A stretch of 25,018 bases of DNA, from IMG/VR virus record IMGVR_UViG_3300012347_000364, positions 1 to 25,018 of that record; one strand, 5' to 3'. Within the stretch, counting starts at the first letter, position 1. Each line of letters opens with the position of its first letter. Of this stretch, positions 15,255 through 23,209 are shown in pieces. The notes under the pieces were generated by a model. The model did not search any database. It was not told the DNA's origin and was given only the letters and a program-made list of their open reading frames with translations. Source of the stretch: a virus. Lineage: Duplodnaviria; Heunggongvirae; Uroviricota; Caudoviricetes. Both the position numbers and the translations under genes were made by a program.

Positions 15255-16290
15255 TTATCTTGCACTGTTAGTCGCGCTACTGCTTTCTGCAGTGGCTGCG
15301 TATTATAGTATTGTTGGACTGGCTGTTATCTTTGCTTCAGCTATGGTTCCGGTCGTCGTAATGGCCTCCACACTAGAAGCTGGCAAGGTTGTTGCGGCGT
15401 CCTGGTTGTACCGTAATTGGAACACTTCACCAAGGTTCATCAAATACTATCTAACAGTTGCAGTATTCATCCTCATGCTAATTACGAGCATGGGGATTTT
15501 TGGATTCCTATCCAAGGCGCATCTAGAGCAAGCAGTAGCTACCGGCGAAGTTGGATCTAAGTTAGCGATATATGATGAAAAGATAAAGGCATCTAAAGAG
15601 AACATCGACGCAAGCCGTAAAGCGCTTAAACAGATGGATGATGCAGTGGACCAGGTCATGGGCCGAAGCACTGATGAAAAGGGTGCTGATAAAGCTGTCG
15701 CTGTTCGACGTAGCCAACAAAAAGAACGTAGTCGACTGTTGTCGGATATTGAGACTGAGCAGAAAACAGTTAGCCGACTTGTTGAAGAGTCTGCACCAAT
15801 ACGACAAGAAGTACGTAAGGTTGAAGCAGAAGTCGGTCCAATAAAATATATTGCAGCATTGGCGTATGGAGATAATCCTGACACTAATATGCTGGAGAGT
15901 GCTGTACGAGCAGTGATTATATTGCTCGTGTCGGTATTTGATCCATTAGCAATTATTATGCTGTTGGCTGCAAGCCACTCGATCGCCCAACATAATAAGA
16001 TTGAAGAAGTTGAATCATCAGCGCCGGTGAAGAAATCACGCGTTCAAGAACCAGAGCCAGTTGTTGATTCGATGCCAGATCCGATCGACAAGAAGCGAAC
16101 GATTAAGTCTAAACGAACCAAGCTGCCTGATTTAGATTTCATTGAAACACCTCTACCACCAGAGCCAGCTCCTGTTGAGGAGAAAGAGGGATGGTCGCCT
16201 AGATGGTGGAGACGTGCAGGTCAGTTGATTGATCGAAAGAAGAGTGGTATTATTGAGATTGATAAGCAGTCGATCGTTAATATGAAATGA
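15244..16290 (+). CDS. Membrane protein with coiled-coil region
   Basis: Several N-terminal TM helices, central coiled coil, TM near FDPLAIIML, Pro/Glu-rich tail. Confidence 0.8.
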   Translation: MVVNYLALLVALLLSAVAAYYSIVGLAVIFASAMVPVVVMASTLEAGKVVAASWLYRNWNTSPRFIKYYLTVAVFILMLITSMGIFGFLSKAHLEQAVATGEVGSKLAIYDEKIKASKENIDASRKALKQMDDAVDQVMGRSTDEKGADKAVAVRRSQQKERSRLLSDIETEQKTVSRLVEESAPIRQEVRKVEAEVGPIKYIAALAYGDNPDTNMLESAVRAVIILLVSVFDPLAIIMLLAASHSIAQHNKIEEVESSAPVKKSRVQEPEPVVDSMPDPIDKKRTIKSKRTKLPDLDFIETPLPPEPAPVEEKEGWSPRWWRRAGQLIDRKKSGIIEIDKQSIVNMK

Positions 16291-16598
16291 CGGAAGAGAA
16301 CGTAAAGAAATTACACGCACTGATAGTTGAGAAGGGTACGCAAATACATAACGAGCTGCCTTCTCACCATGCCCATCCAGGAGGACGTATCGGAATAGCT
16401 CACATCTATTCTGTTATTAAATCTGTGATGGGTGTTCCTGCTAAACAGTGTCGTGATTGTCGTTATGATGATATCGTGGAAATAGTCAACTATGTCGTTG
16501 ACAACGTTCATGTGCTTAAAGGCCTAACAAGTCCTCTACATGAGAAGTATGACAAAGAGCCAGTATATGAACCAGCATCATTGGAAAAGTTTTTCTAG
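16287..16598 (+). CDS. Hypothetical protein
   Basis: 103 aa; HPGGRIGIAH and CRDC motifs; ends in TAG, in frame with the next ORF. Confidence 0.78.
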   Translation: MTEENVKKLHALIVEKGTQIHNELPSHHAHPGGRIGIAHIYSVIKSVMGVPAKQCRDCRYDDIVEIVNYVVDNVHVLKGLTSPLHEKYDKEPVYEPASLEKFF

Positions 16599-16607
16599 GA
16601 GTCTAAT

Positions 16608-16802
16608 ATGGATGCATATGTTTTAAGCCACCAACTAATGGACGCGTGGCGAGCAGAGTTTATGGGCAAAATGAATTCAGGCGCTTGTGAGCCTGGCAAA
16701 GTAGTTCCTGTACCGGTTCGTGTTAAGACCGCAAACGGATATGCTGATATAAAGTCTATGAGTGTTGACCCTACAGAGGGTATTGTGTTAGAATTGGAAT
16801 GA
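16608..16802 (+). CDS. Hypothetical protein
   Basis: 64 aa, AGGAG SD. Confidence 0.7.
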   Translation: MDAYVLSHQLMDAWRAEFMGKMNSGACEPGKVVPVPVRVKTANGYADIKSMSVDPTEGIVLELE

Positions 16803-16803
16803 A

Positions 16804-16992
16804 ATGAAATTGCTTTTTGGAATGATGCTGATATTACCGATGTACTTGTTGTTACAACTAACATCGTTGATTGCTCGAAGTATGGCTGTTGTGTCAGCTG
16901 TAGTTGCGAATGCGACTATTGCGTTAGTCTTCTGGACCAAGTCTAGTTGGCTGATAGACCGTGCCATGAAGCACTTCGGGTTTGAGAAATAA
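16804..16992 (+). CDS. Small membrane protein
   Basis: 62 aa, largely hydrophobic. Confidence 0.65.
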   Translation: MKLLFGMMLILPMYLLLQLTSLIARSMAVVSAVVANATIALVFWTKSSWLIDRAMKHFGFEK

Positions 16993-17019
16993 TTTATACA
17001 AATATACAAAGGATATACA

Positions 17020-18084
17020 ATGAGCTTACTAGCTAAAATTCGTAAGAATAGTACGATTAAAGAAACGGCAATCTTATCAGAGTCGAAGTTCTTCACGAAG
17101 AAGGATATGATTCCTACAGCCATCCCTGCAATTAATATTGCACTGAGCGGACGTCTTGATGGTGGCCTAACACCTGGCCTTACAATGTGGGCAGGTCCAT
17201 CAAAGCATTTTAAGACTGCATTCAGTTTGTTAATGGCACGCTCGTATCTTGACAAGTACCCAGAAGCTGTTATGTTGTTCTATGATTCAGAGTTTGGTAC
17301 TCCGCAGTCGTATTTCGATTCGTTTGGTATTGATGTGGGTCGTGTTGTTCATACACCGATTATGGACGTTGAGCAATTGAAGTTTGACATCATGCAACAG
17401 CTGGCAGGCATCGATCGCAACGACCGTGTCATCATCGTTGTAGACTCGATCGGTAACCTAGCTTCTAAGAAAGAAGTTGAGGATGCGCTGGAAGGTAAGT
17501 CTGTTGGTGATATGTCACGCGCAAAGCAGATCAAATCATTGTTCCGTATGGTTACACCACACTTAACGATGAAGGATATTCCTATGATCGTTGTTAACCA
17601 CACATACAAGACATTGGAATTGTATTCTAAAGATGTTGTTGGTGGTGGTACTGGTTCTTACTACTCTGCAGACAACATCTTTATCTTAGGACGTCAGCAA
17701 GAGAAAGAAGGCACAGAAGTTGTTGGTTATAACTTCATCATCAACGTAGAGAAGTCCCGTCATTGCCGCGAGAAGTCTAAAATTCCTGTCACAGTGAAGC
17801 ATGATGGTGGTATCTCTACGTGGTCTGGCTTACTCGATATGGCATTGGAATCTGGCCACGTGATTAAACCATCGAATGGTTGGTACTCACGTGTCGATGC
17901 AGATGGCGTCGTGGAAGAGAAGAAGTGGCGTATCAAGGACACTGACTCCAAAGAGTTCTGGGGCTCCGTGATCACTAACAAAACGTTCCAAGAATGGATC
18001 AAGAACACTTATCAGGTATCTTCTGGTTCGATCATGTCGTCAGAAGATGACTTGGCAGAAGAACTCAGCGCAATTACTGAATAA
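17020..18084 (+). CDS. uvsX: RecA-like recombinase UvsX
   Basis: Walker A GPSKHFKT, FYDSEFG, Walker B VVDSIGN, VGGGTGSYYSA, VEKSR. Confidence 0.96.
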   Translation: MSLLAKIRKNSTIKETAILSESKFFTKKDMIPTAIPAINIALSGRLDGGLTPGLTMWAGPSKHFKTAFSLLMARSYLDKYPEAVMLFYDSEFGTPQSYFDSFGIDVGRVVHTPIMDVEQLKFDIMQQLAGIDRNDRVIIVVDSIGNLASKKEVEDALEGKSVGDMSRAKQIKSLFRMVTPHLTMKDIPMIVVNHTYKTLELYSKDVVGGGTGSYYSADNIFILGRQQEKEGTEVVGYNFIINVEKSRHCREKSKIPVTVKHDGGISTWSGLLDMALESGHVIKPSNGWYSRVDADGVVEEKKWRIKDTDSKEFWGSVITNKTFQEWIKNTYQVSSGSIMSSEDDLAEELSAITE

Positions 18085-18091
18085 TTGAAAC

Positions 18092-18253
18092 ATGGCACAC
18101 TCTAACAATCAAAATATGAGCTTACTTGGTACTAACCCCAAAACAATCAAATACGAAGAACGTCAAAGTGTGCCATTGCACGACAATCTATCCAAACAAC
18201 GGATGGATGAGTATAAGTGTTTCTTATTGAACACTACTCCTGTTAAACAATAA
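18092..18253 (+). CDS. 53 aa hypothetical protein (not in ORF track)
   Basis: MAHSNNQNMSLLGTNPKTIKYEERQSVPLHDNLSKQRMDEYKCFLLNTTPVKQ fills the uvsX-41 gap; no clear SD. Confidence 0.45.
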   Translation: MAHSNNQNMSLLGTNPKTIKYEERQSVPLHDNLSKQRMDEYKCFLLNTTPVKQ

Positions 18254-18265
18254 TTATGGAATTTT

Positions 18266-19657
18266 ATGATCGAACAAACAATCTTTGCAAACCTCGTCCA
18301 CAATGAGGAGTATGCAAGGAAAGTAATTCCCTTCCTGAAGAAGGAATACTTCCAGAGTCGCATTGATCAGACTCTGTATACTATTATTGGGGATTTCGTT
18401 GAGAAGTACAACAGCTTTCCAACAAAGACTGCTCTTAAAGTTGAGGCCGACTCACGTGTTGGGCTGACTGAAGATGAGAGCCATAAACTCGAACAAGTAA
18501 TCGACAGTCTGCAGGATGCGCCAGCAGATCTGCAGTGGCTCGTTGACGAGACGGAGAAGTTCTGTCAAGATAAAGCAATCTATAACGCAATCTACCAGAG
18601 CATCGGTATCTTAGACGGTGCCTCTAAAGAGGGTAACGATAAGGGTGCAATTCCACAGATCCTGTCTGATGCGCTCGGCGTCAGTTTTGATTCACACATC
18701 GGCCATGACTTGCTCGAAGATGTTGAATCGCGTTATGCTTTCTACCACAAGAAAGAGTCTCGCGTTCCATTCGACCTCGAATACTTCAATATCATCACTA
18801 AGGGTGGATTGCCTAATAAAACACTGAACATCATCTTGGCTGGTACCAACGTAGGTAAGTCGTTGTTCATGTGCCACTGTGCGGCAAGCAACGTGTCCAA
18901 AGGCAAGAATGTTCTGTATATCACAATGGAGATGGCAGAGGAGCGGATTGCTGAGCGTATTGATGCTAACTTATTGAACGTCACAATGGACGAACTTCAA
19001 ATCATGCCACTCGATGTATATGAGAAGAAGGTTGCACGAGTTAAGTCTGCAAGTCCTGGTAAACTGATTATCAAGGAGTATCCAACTGCAAGTGCTGGAT
19101 CTGCTCATTTTAGACATTTACTGAATGAACTGAAGCTGAAAAAGAACTTTGTGCCTGAAATCATATACATCGATTACCTAAATATTTGCGCGTCTTCCAG
19201 GTTGAAGTATGGTGCGAATATTAACTCATACACATACATTAAAGCAATTGCAGAAGAGTTGCGTGGCTTGGCTGTAGAATTCAATGTTCCGATCGTGAGT
19301 GCTACACAAACGACTCGTTCAGGATTCTCTAGCTCAGATGTTGGTTTGGAAGATACTTCCGAATCGTTCGGTCTACCAGCTACCGCTGACTTGATGTTTG
19401 CTTTGATCTCTACTGAAGAACTTCAGGAGATGAATCAGATTATGGTCAAGCAGTTGAAGAATCGTTTTGGCGATCCTTCTAACAACCGTAGATTTGTGAT
19501 TGGTGTGGATCGAGCTAAAATGAAGCTATATGACGTCGAACAGCATGCTCAAAACGATGTTGTAGATGATAAACCGCTATTTGATAGTAGCGATACTGGA
19601 AAGCGTATGGGTTCTGAAAAGAAATTCAATAAAAACGCATTCGAGAACTTCAGTTGA
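18266..19657 (+). CDS. 41: Replicative DnaB-like helicase (T4 gp41)
   Basis: Walker A AGTNVGKS, YITMEMAEE, IYIDYLNI, SATQTTR, ESFGLPATAD, QLKNR. Confidence 0.97.
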   Translation: MIEQTIFANLVHNEEYARKVIPFLKKEYFQSRIDQTLYTIIGDFVEKYNSFPTKTALKVEADSRVGLTEDESHKLEQVIDSLQDAPADLQWLVDETEKFCQDKAIYNAIYQSIGILDGASKEGNDKGAIPQILSDALGVSFDSHIGHDLLEDVESRYAFYHKKESRVPFDLEYFNIITKGGLPNKTLNIILAGTNVGKSLFMCHCAASNVSKGKNVLYITMEMAEERIAERIDANLLNVTMDELQIMPLDVYEKKVARVKSASPGKLIIKEYPTASAGSAHFRHLLNELKLKKNFVPEIIYIDYLNICASSRLKYGANINSYTYIKAIAEELRGLAVEFNVPIVSATQTTRSGFSSSDVGLEDTSESFGLPATADLMFALISTEELQEMNQIMVKQLKNRFGDPSNNRRFVIGVDRAKMKLYDVEQHAQNDVVDDKPLFDSSDTGKRMGSEKKFNKNAFENFS

Positions 19658-19824
19658 CACGATTTATTACACTTTTAGGCGCTTGGTCTATCATATTCCC
19701 AATCAACTTGGCAGCCACCTTACTGGTGGTTTCCATCCAGCTTTTTGTGAAAATATTTAACATGCCGTTTGATGTTTGGGATCACCTCAGCGAACATCTC
19801 GAACAGATACATACTGAAGAATAG
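19654..19824 (+). CDS. 56 aa membrane protein (not in ORF track)
   Basis: TTG start overlapping the gp41 TGA; MTRFITLLGAWSIIFPINLAATLLVVSIQLFVKIFNMPFDVWDHLSEHLEQIHTEE; ends TAG then TAA. Confidence 0.5.
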   Translation: MTRFITLLGAWSIIFPINLAATLLVVSIQLFVKIFNMPFDVWDHLSEHLEQIHTEE

Positions 19825-19841
19825 TAATCTAAACGGAGAAC

Positions 19842-20333
19842 ATGTTGTTTGTTCATAAACGTATGTTAGTTAGCATTTCCGGGATCAGCGACAGTAAGTT
19901 TAAAAAGATAGTCCATAAAGCTGTGGAATTCTACGCTGGCCTCTTACTATCTCCGAGAATATCAAAACACATAACGATCGATATTGAGTTTAGTAATAAA
20001 CTTGATAACAATGCTGATGGTTATTGTGACGTGGAAGGATATAATTCGCGCAATAAGCCGCGTGAATTCACGATCCAGGTACGTAAAAACAAATCAAAAA
20101 GATATATGATGATGACGTTGGCCCACGAAATGGTCCACGTTAAACAGTTTGCTATGGGCGAATTGCACGAGAATATGAATGCATGGAAGGGTAAGCGTCT
20201 GCCCTCCTCTGTCGATTACTGGGACACACCGTGGGAAATCGAAGCGCACGGACGTGAATATGGGCTTTACTCACGTTTTGCTCAGAAACACAACGTCCGG
20301 TATAAGAAAACCGCTTACGAACGCGATAATTGA
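19842..20333 (+). CDS. Zincin-like metallopeptidase
   Basis: LAHEMVHVKQ HExxH motif plus PWEIEA third ligand; GGAG SD. Confidence 0.85.
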   Translation: MLFVHKRMLVSISGISDSKFKKIVHKAVEFYAGLLLSPRISKHITIDIEFSNKLDNNADGYCDVEGYNSRNKPREFTIQVRKNKSKRYMMMTLAHEMVHVKQFAMGELHENMNAWKGKRLPSSVDYWDTPWEIEAHGREYGLYSRFAQKHNVRYKKTAYERDN

Positions 20334-20334
20334 C

Positions 20335-20529
20335 ATGCAAGTCAAGAACATCGTATCAATAACTCCTGTCGATATGAATGGATGGGTGGTACAAGGTTCT
20401 GTGTTTAATAATGATTCGATATGTTTAATCCTACAAAACGTTGACTTTGACGTGCTGGTCATAAGATACTTTACAGATGAGGTGCAAGCACACCTATATT
20501 TGAAAGACCTTGTTTATGGAGTTCGTTAA
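20335..20529 (+). CDS. Hypothetical protein
   Basis: Likely true start at 20335 (MQVKNIV...), 1 nt after the upstream stop; 64 aa. Confidence 0.65.
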   Translation: MQVKNIVSITPVDMNGWVVQGSVFNNDSICLILQNVDFDVLVIRYFTDEVQAHLYLKDLVYGVR

Positions 20530-20735
20530 TGTATCAACGCAGCAGTCAGTCTAAGATTTCGCCAATGGATGGGTCAAGCATCAGTCCAATGAAGCTGGTA
20601 ATGTTTCTCAAGGCAGCTAAAGAAGACTATGAGCGCCGCGGCAAAGAGGATGAAGCATTTGTCCTAGAAATGCTGGAAGACCACTTCCGAGAAGGCAAGC
20701 CAGCCGTATACACCTCTAAAATCTTCGGTTTCTGA
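20529..20735 (+). CDS. Hypothetical protein
   Basis: 68 aa; TAATG overlap. Confidence 0.7.
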   Translation: MYQRSSQSKISPMDGSSISPMKLVMFLKAAKEDYERRGKEDEAFVLEMLEDHFREGKPAVYTSKIFGF

Positions 20736-20751
20736 CACAATTTTCCTCATA

Positions 20752-20759
20752 CATAAATA
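20752..20759 (+). promoter_or_regulatory. Late-promoter-like motif
   Basis: CATAAATA, one mismatch to TATAAATA, in the intergenic gap. Confidence 0.5.
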
Positions 20760-20778
20760 ATGTAAATGAGGAAAAACA

Positions 20779-20991
20779 ATGGCAACATTCGCTAATACTT
20801 CCACCGCGAAGGTATCAAACACGAGCATGTCGTCTGCTCATCCAGAAAGATTTACCCAGGATGAGGTTATTTCCGCTATAAAAAATTCAAAGTCAAAGCC
20901 TTTACTGGTGGCTGATGGTCGAGCTATGGACTTAGCTGACCAAGTTCGTCGTTTGGGCTCTAAACAAATATCAATAGTGGTGTTAGCATAA
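20779..20991 (+). CDS. Hypothetical protein
   Basis: 70 aa, GAGGA SD. Confidence 0.7.
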   Translation: MATFANTSTAKVSNTSMSSAHPERFTQDEVISAIKNSKSKPLLVADGRAMDLADQVRRLGSKQISIVVLA

Positions 20992-21965
20992 TGTTAAAAT
21001 TTAGATCGTTTCTTGCAGAAGAAGTAAAGCCAGCTGGCGGCAATAGTAGCAATACTAAGATGGGCGATGCTTATGAGATGGGCACAGTGCTGCACATTCA
21101 TAACAATACAGCTGCTAAAGGTAATACAAGCAAGGAATACCAAGCTAAAATCAAAGAGATCAAAAAGAAGCACGAAGAGGCTCTTTCTCACTTCTCGCCT
21201 GAAAAACAAGCAGATATCAAAAAGAAGTCGATCGACTCTGCTAACGCATACCTAGGGTCGTTGGCAAAAGAAGAAGGTATCAAGCCAGAGCATATTAACG
21301 AAGTCCATCACACCAATCTAGGAATCAGCGATCATATTGGGCACGATGTGGTGCGCGCCGATAACCCACACGATCTAGTGATCAAAGGTAAGAAGGGCCG
21401 CTCTAAATTCATGCATGGTGCTTCTTTGAAAGCAACAGCAGGTACAGCATCTAATAACCCAATCGCTTCATTCGAGCGTCAGTCAGCAGCACACGGCATG
21501 GATGTTGGAACCACAAAGGCATGGGCAGCTGGTAAGAAGAAAGTTGGCCTAACTGGTCTGACAAATGCGCAGATTAAAGAGCGTCGCCACGAGCCAGAGG
21601 TTGTTGCTGCTAATAGTGAAACACAACAGAAGGCTGCTAAACAGCACGCCAAAGCGTTTAATGGCGCAACCCATGAGCAACGCCAACAACATATCCTACA
21701 CTTCTTGAAGGCTCATCCGGACATGCCATACCACTACGTTGTTGGTGAGAAGGGCGGTAAGTCGGTATCTATTGATAATCACCCAGCCGTTGCCGCACTC
21801 CGAAACGCTAAGCACGTTACTGCTACCGTTAAGAACAACAACGTACACTTCCATGATGAGAATGGAACTCATATCGCGACAGCTGAACATAGACCTACGC
21901 ACGGTTCGTTCTACAGTCCGCAAACGAACTTTAAATTTGGCTCAGCAAAGGCCTCATCAAAATGA
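20991..21965 (+). CDS. His-rich protein, possible PD-(D/E)xK nuclease with capsid-targeting-like N-terminus
   Basis: MLKFRSFLAEE start; NPHDLVI...GASLK motif. Confidence 0.5.
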   Translation: MLKFRSFLAEEVKPAGGNSSNTKMGDAYEMGTVLHIHNNTAAKGNTSKEYQAKIKEIKKKHEEALSHFSPEKQADIKKKSIDSANAYLGSLAKEEGIKPEHINEVHHTNLGISDHIGHDVVRADNPHDLVIKGKKGRSKFMHGASLKATAGTASNNPIASFERQSAAHGMDVGTTKAWAAGKKKVGLTGLTNAQIKERRHEPEVVAANSETQQKAAKQHAKAFNGATHEQRQQHILHFLKAHPDMPYHYVVGEKGGKSVSIDNHPAVAALRNAKHVTATVKNNNVHFHDENGTHIATAEHRPTHGSFYSPQTNFKFGSAKASSK

Positions 21966-23149
21966 TCGATCTAATTACAGAAGCCAAACAACCCAACGAA
22001 GAGAAGCTAACTCATTTAGAGCACGCTGAGGATCATCCAATTAACGCTGGCGCTGCTGGGTTCGCGCATGCTAAGAAGACTTTGGTGGCTGGTCATAATG
22101 CATTGACTGGCAAAGCTTCATCTGCTACTGTCACTACGAAGTATGATGGATCGCCGTCTATTGTATTCGGACATCACCCGGAAACCGGTAAGTTCTTCGT
22201 TGCGTCTAAGTCAGCATTCAACAAGAATCCAAAGATTAATTACACTGCTGATGATATTGAAGCAAACCACGGTCACGCGCCAGGATTAGTTGCAAAGCTT
22301 TCTGCAGCACTGAAGCATTTACCAAAAGTTACGCCTAAAACAGGCGTATTTCAAGGTGATATCATGCATTCGGGCGCTAAGAGCAAAACGAATCCAGCTG
22401 GCGATGTAACAATGCATGGTGGAGAAGCACATTTCACACCAAATACTATTACATACTCCACAAAGAAGCCAGGTGAGGCAGACCAAGTGGCTAACTCTAA
22501 GATTGGCGTGGCTGTGCACACATCATACCAAGGTAAAGACTTTGCTAGTATGAAAGCGAAGTACAATTCTGGTAACGAAGGGTTCGGGACGCACAAAGAC
22601 GTTCATTTGATGGACGTATCGCACCCAATCGAGAAGAGCAAATACTCGAAAGAGGATCAAACCAAGTTCAAAGAACATATGGATGCTGCTGAAGCTGCTC
22701 ATAAGGAATTGGAATCAACTGGTGGGTATAAAGAGCTAGAAAAGCACACAGACCACCTCAAAACATACATTAATAAGACAGTGCGCACTGGTGAAACGCC
22801 TTCAACAGAGGGATATACGCACCATGTTGCAGAACATTACGGCAAAGCAGCTGCTAAATTAAAGACTGCGGCTGCCAAGTCCAAGACAGAAAATGCTGGA
22901 AATGAGCTGGTGTCACATGCAAGAGAACACGAAGATACGTTTGAGAACTTGCTGCACGTCCACCACCACTTGCAAGCTGCGAAGAACGTGCTAGCCCACG
23001 CATTTTCATCGCATACAGATTATGGCCATTCAGTCGGCGACCAAAAGGTTAAGCCAGAAGGCCACGTATTAGCTATCAATAATAGACCTACAAAGATAGT
23101 AGATCGTGCTGAATTCAGCCGAAATAACTTTAATAAGAACAGAAACTAA
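21962..23149 (+). CDS. Conserved T4-like protein with ligase/nucleotidyltransferase-like motifs
   Basis: LTHLEHAED, TTKYDGSP (KxDG), FFVASKS, FQGD, EGHV, KIVDR. Confidence 0.6.
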   Translation: MIDLITEAKQPNEEKLTHLEHAEDHPINAGAAGFAHAKKTLVAGHNALTGKASSATVTTKYDGSPSIVFGHHPETGKFFVASKSAFNKNPKINYTADDIEANHGHAPGLVAKLSAALKHLPKVTPKTGVFQGDIMHSGAKSKTNPAGDVTMHGGEAHFTPNTITYSTKKPGEADQVANSKIGVAVHTSYQGKDFASMKAKYNSGNEGFGTHKDVHLMDVSHPIEKSKYSKEDQTKFKEHMDAAEAAHKELESTGGYKELEKHTDHLKTYINKTVRTGETPSTEGYTHHVAEHYGKAAAKLKTAAAKSKTENAGNELVSHAREHEDTFENLLHVHHHLQAAKNVLAHAFSSHTDYGHSVGDQKVKPEGHVLAINNRPTKIVDRAEFSRNNFNKNRN

Positions 23150-23154
23150 CTTAT

Positions 23155-23162
23155 TATAAATA
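23155..23162 (+). promoter_or_regulatory. T4-type late promoter
   Basis: Exact TATAAATA in the intergenic gap. Confidence 0.75.
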
Positions 23163-23209
23163 GATCTACCATCAGTATAGGCTAAGGCAAACCTGAACAG
23201 GAATAGACA

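Noticed and set aside
18092-18253. Calling this ORF gene 40
   Set aside because: The position matches, but it is much shorter and I see no recognisable gp40 sequence.
11855-19657. Intein or intron in gp43, uvsX or gp41
   Set aside because: Lengths (839, 354, 463 aa) and motif spacing are typical, with no C/S...HN insertion or frame break.
19654-19694. Sigma70 promoter at TTGACA 19654
   Set aside because: There is no acceptable -10 at 16-18 bp spacing; the hexamer is explained by the gp41 stop and the next ORF start.
20179-20334. ORF-track start at 20179
   Set aside because: It overlaps the metallopeptidase gene by about 150 nt; ATG 20335, right after the stop, is more parsimonious.
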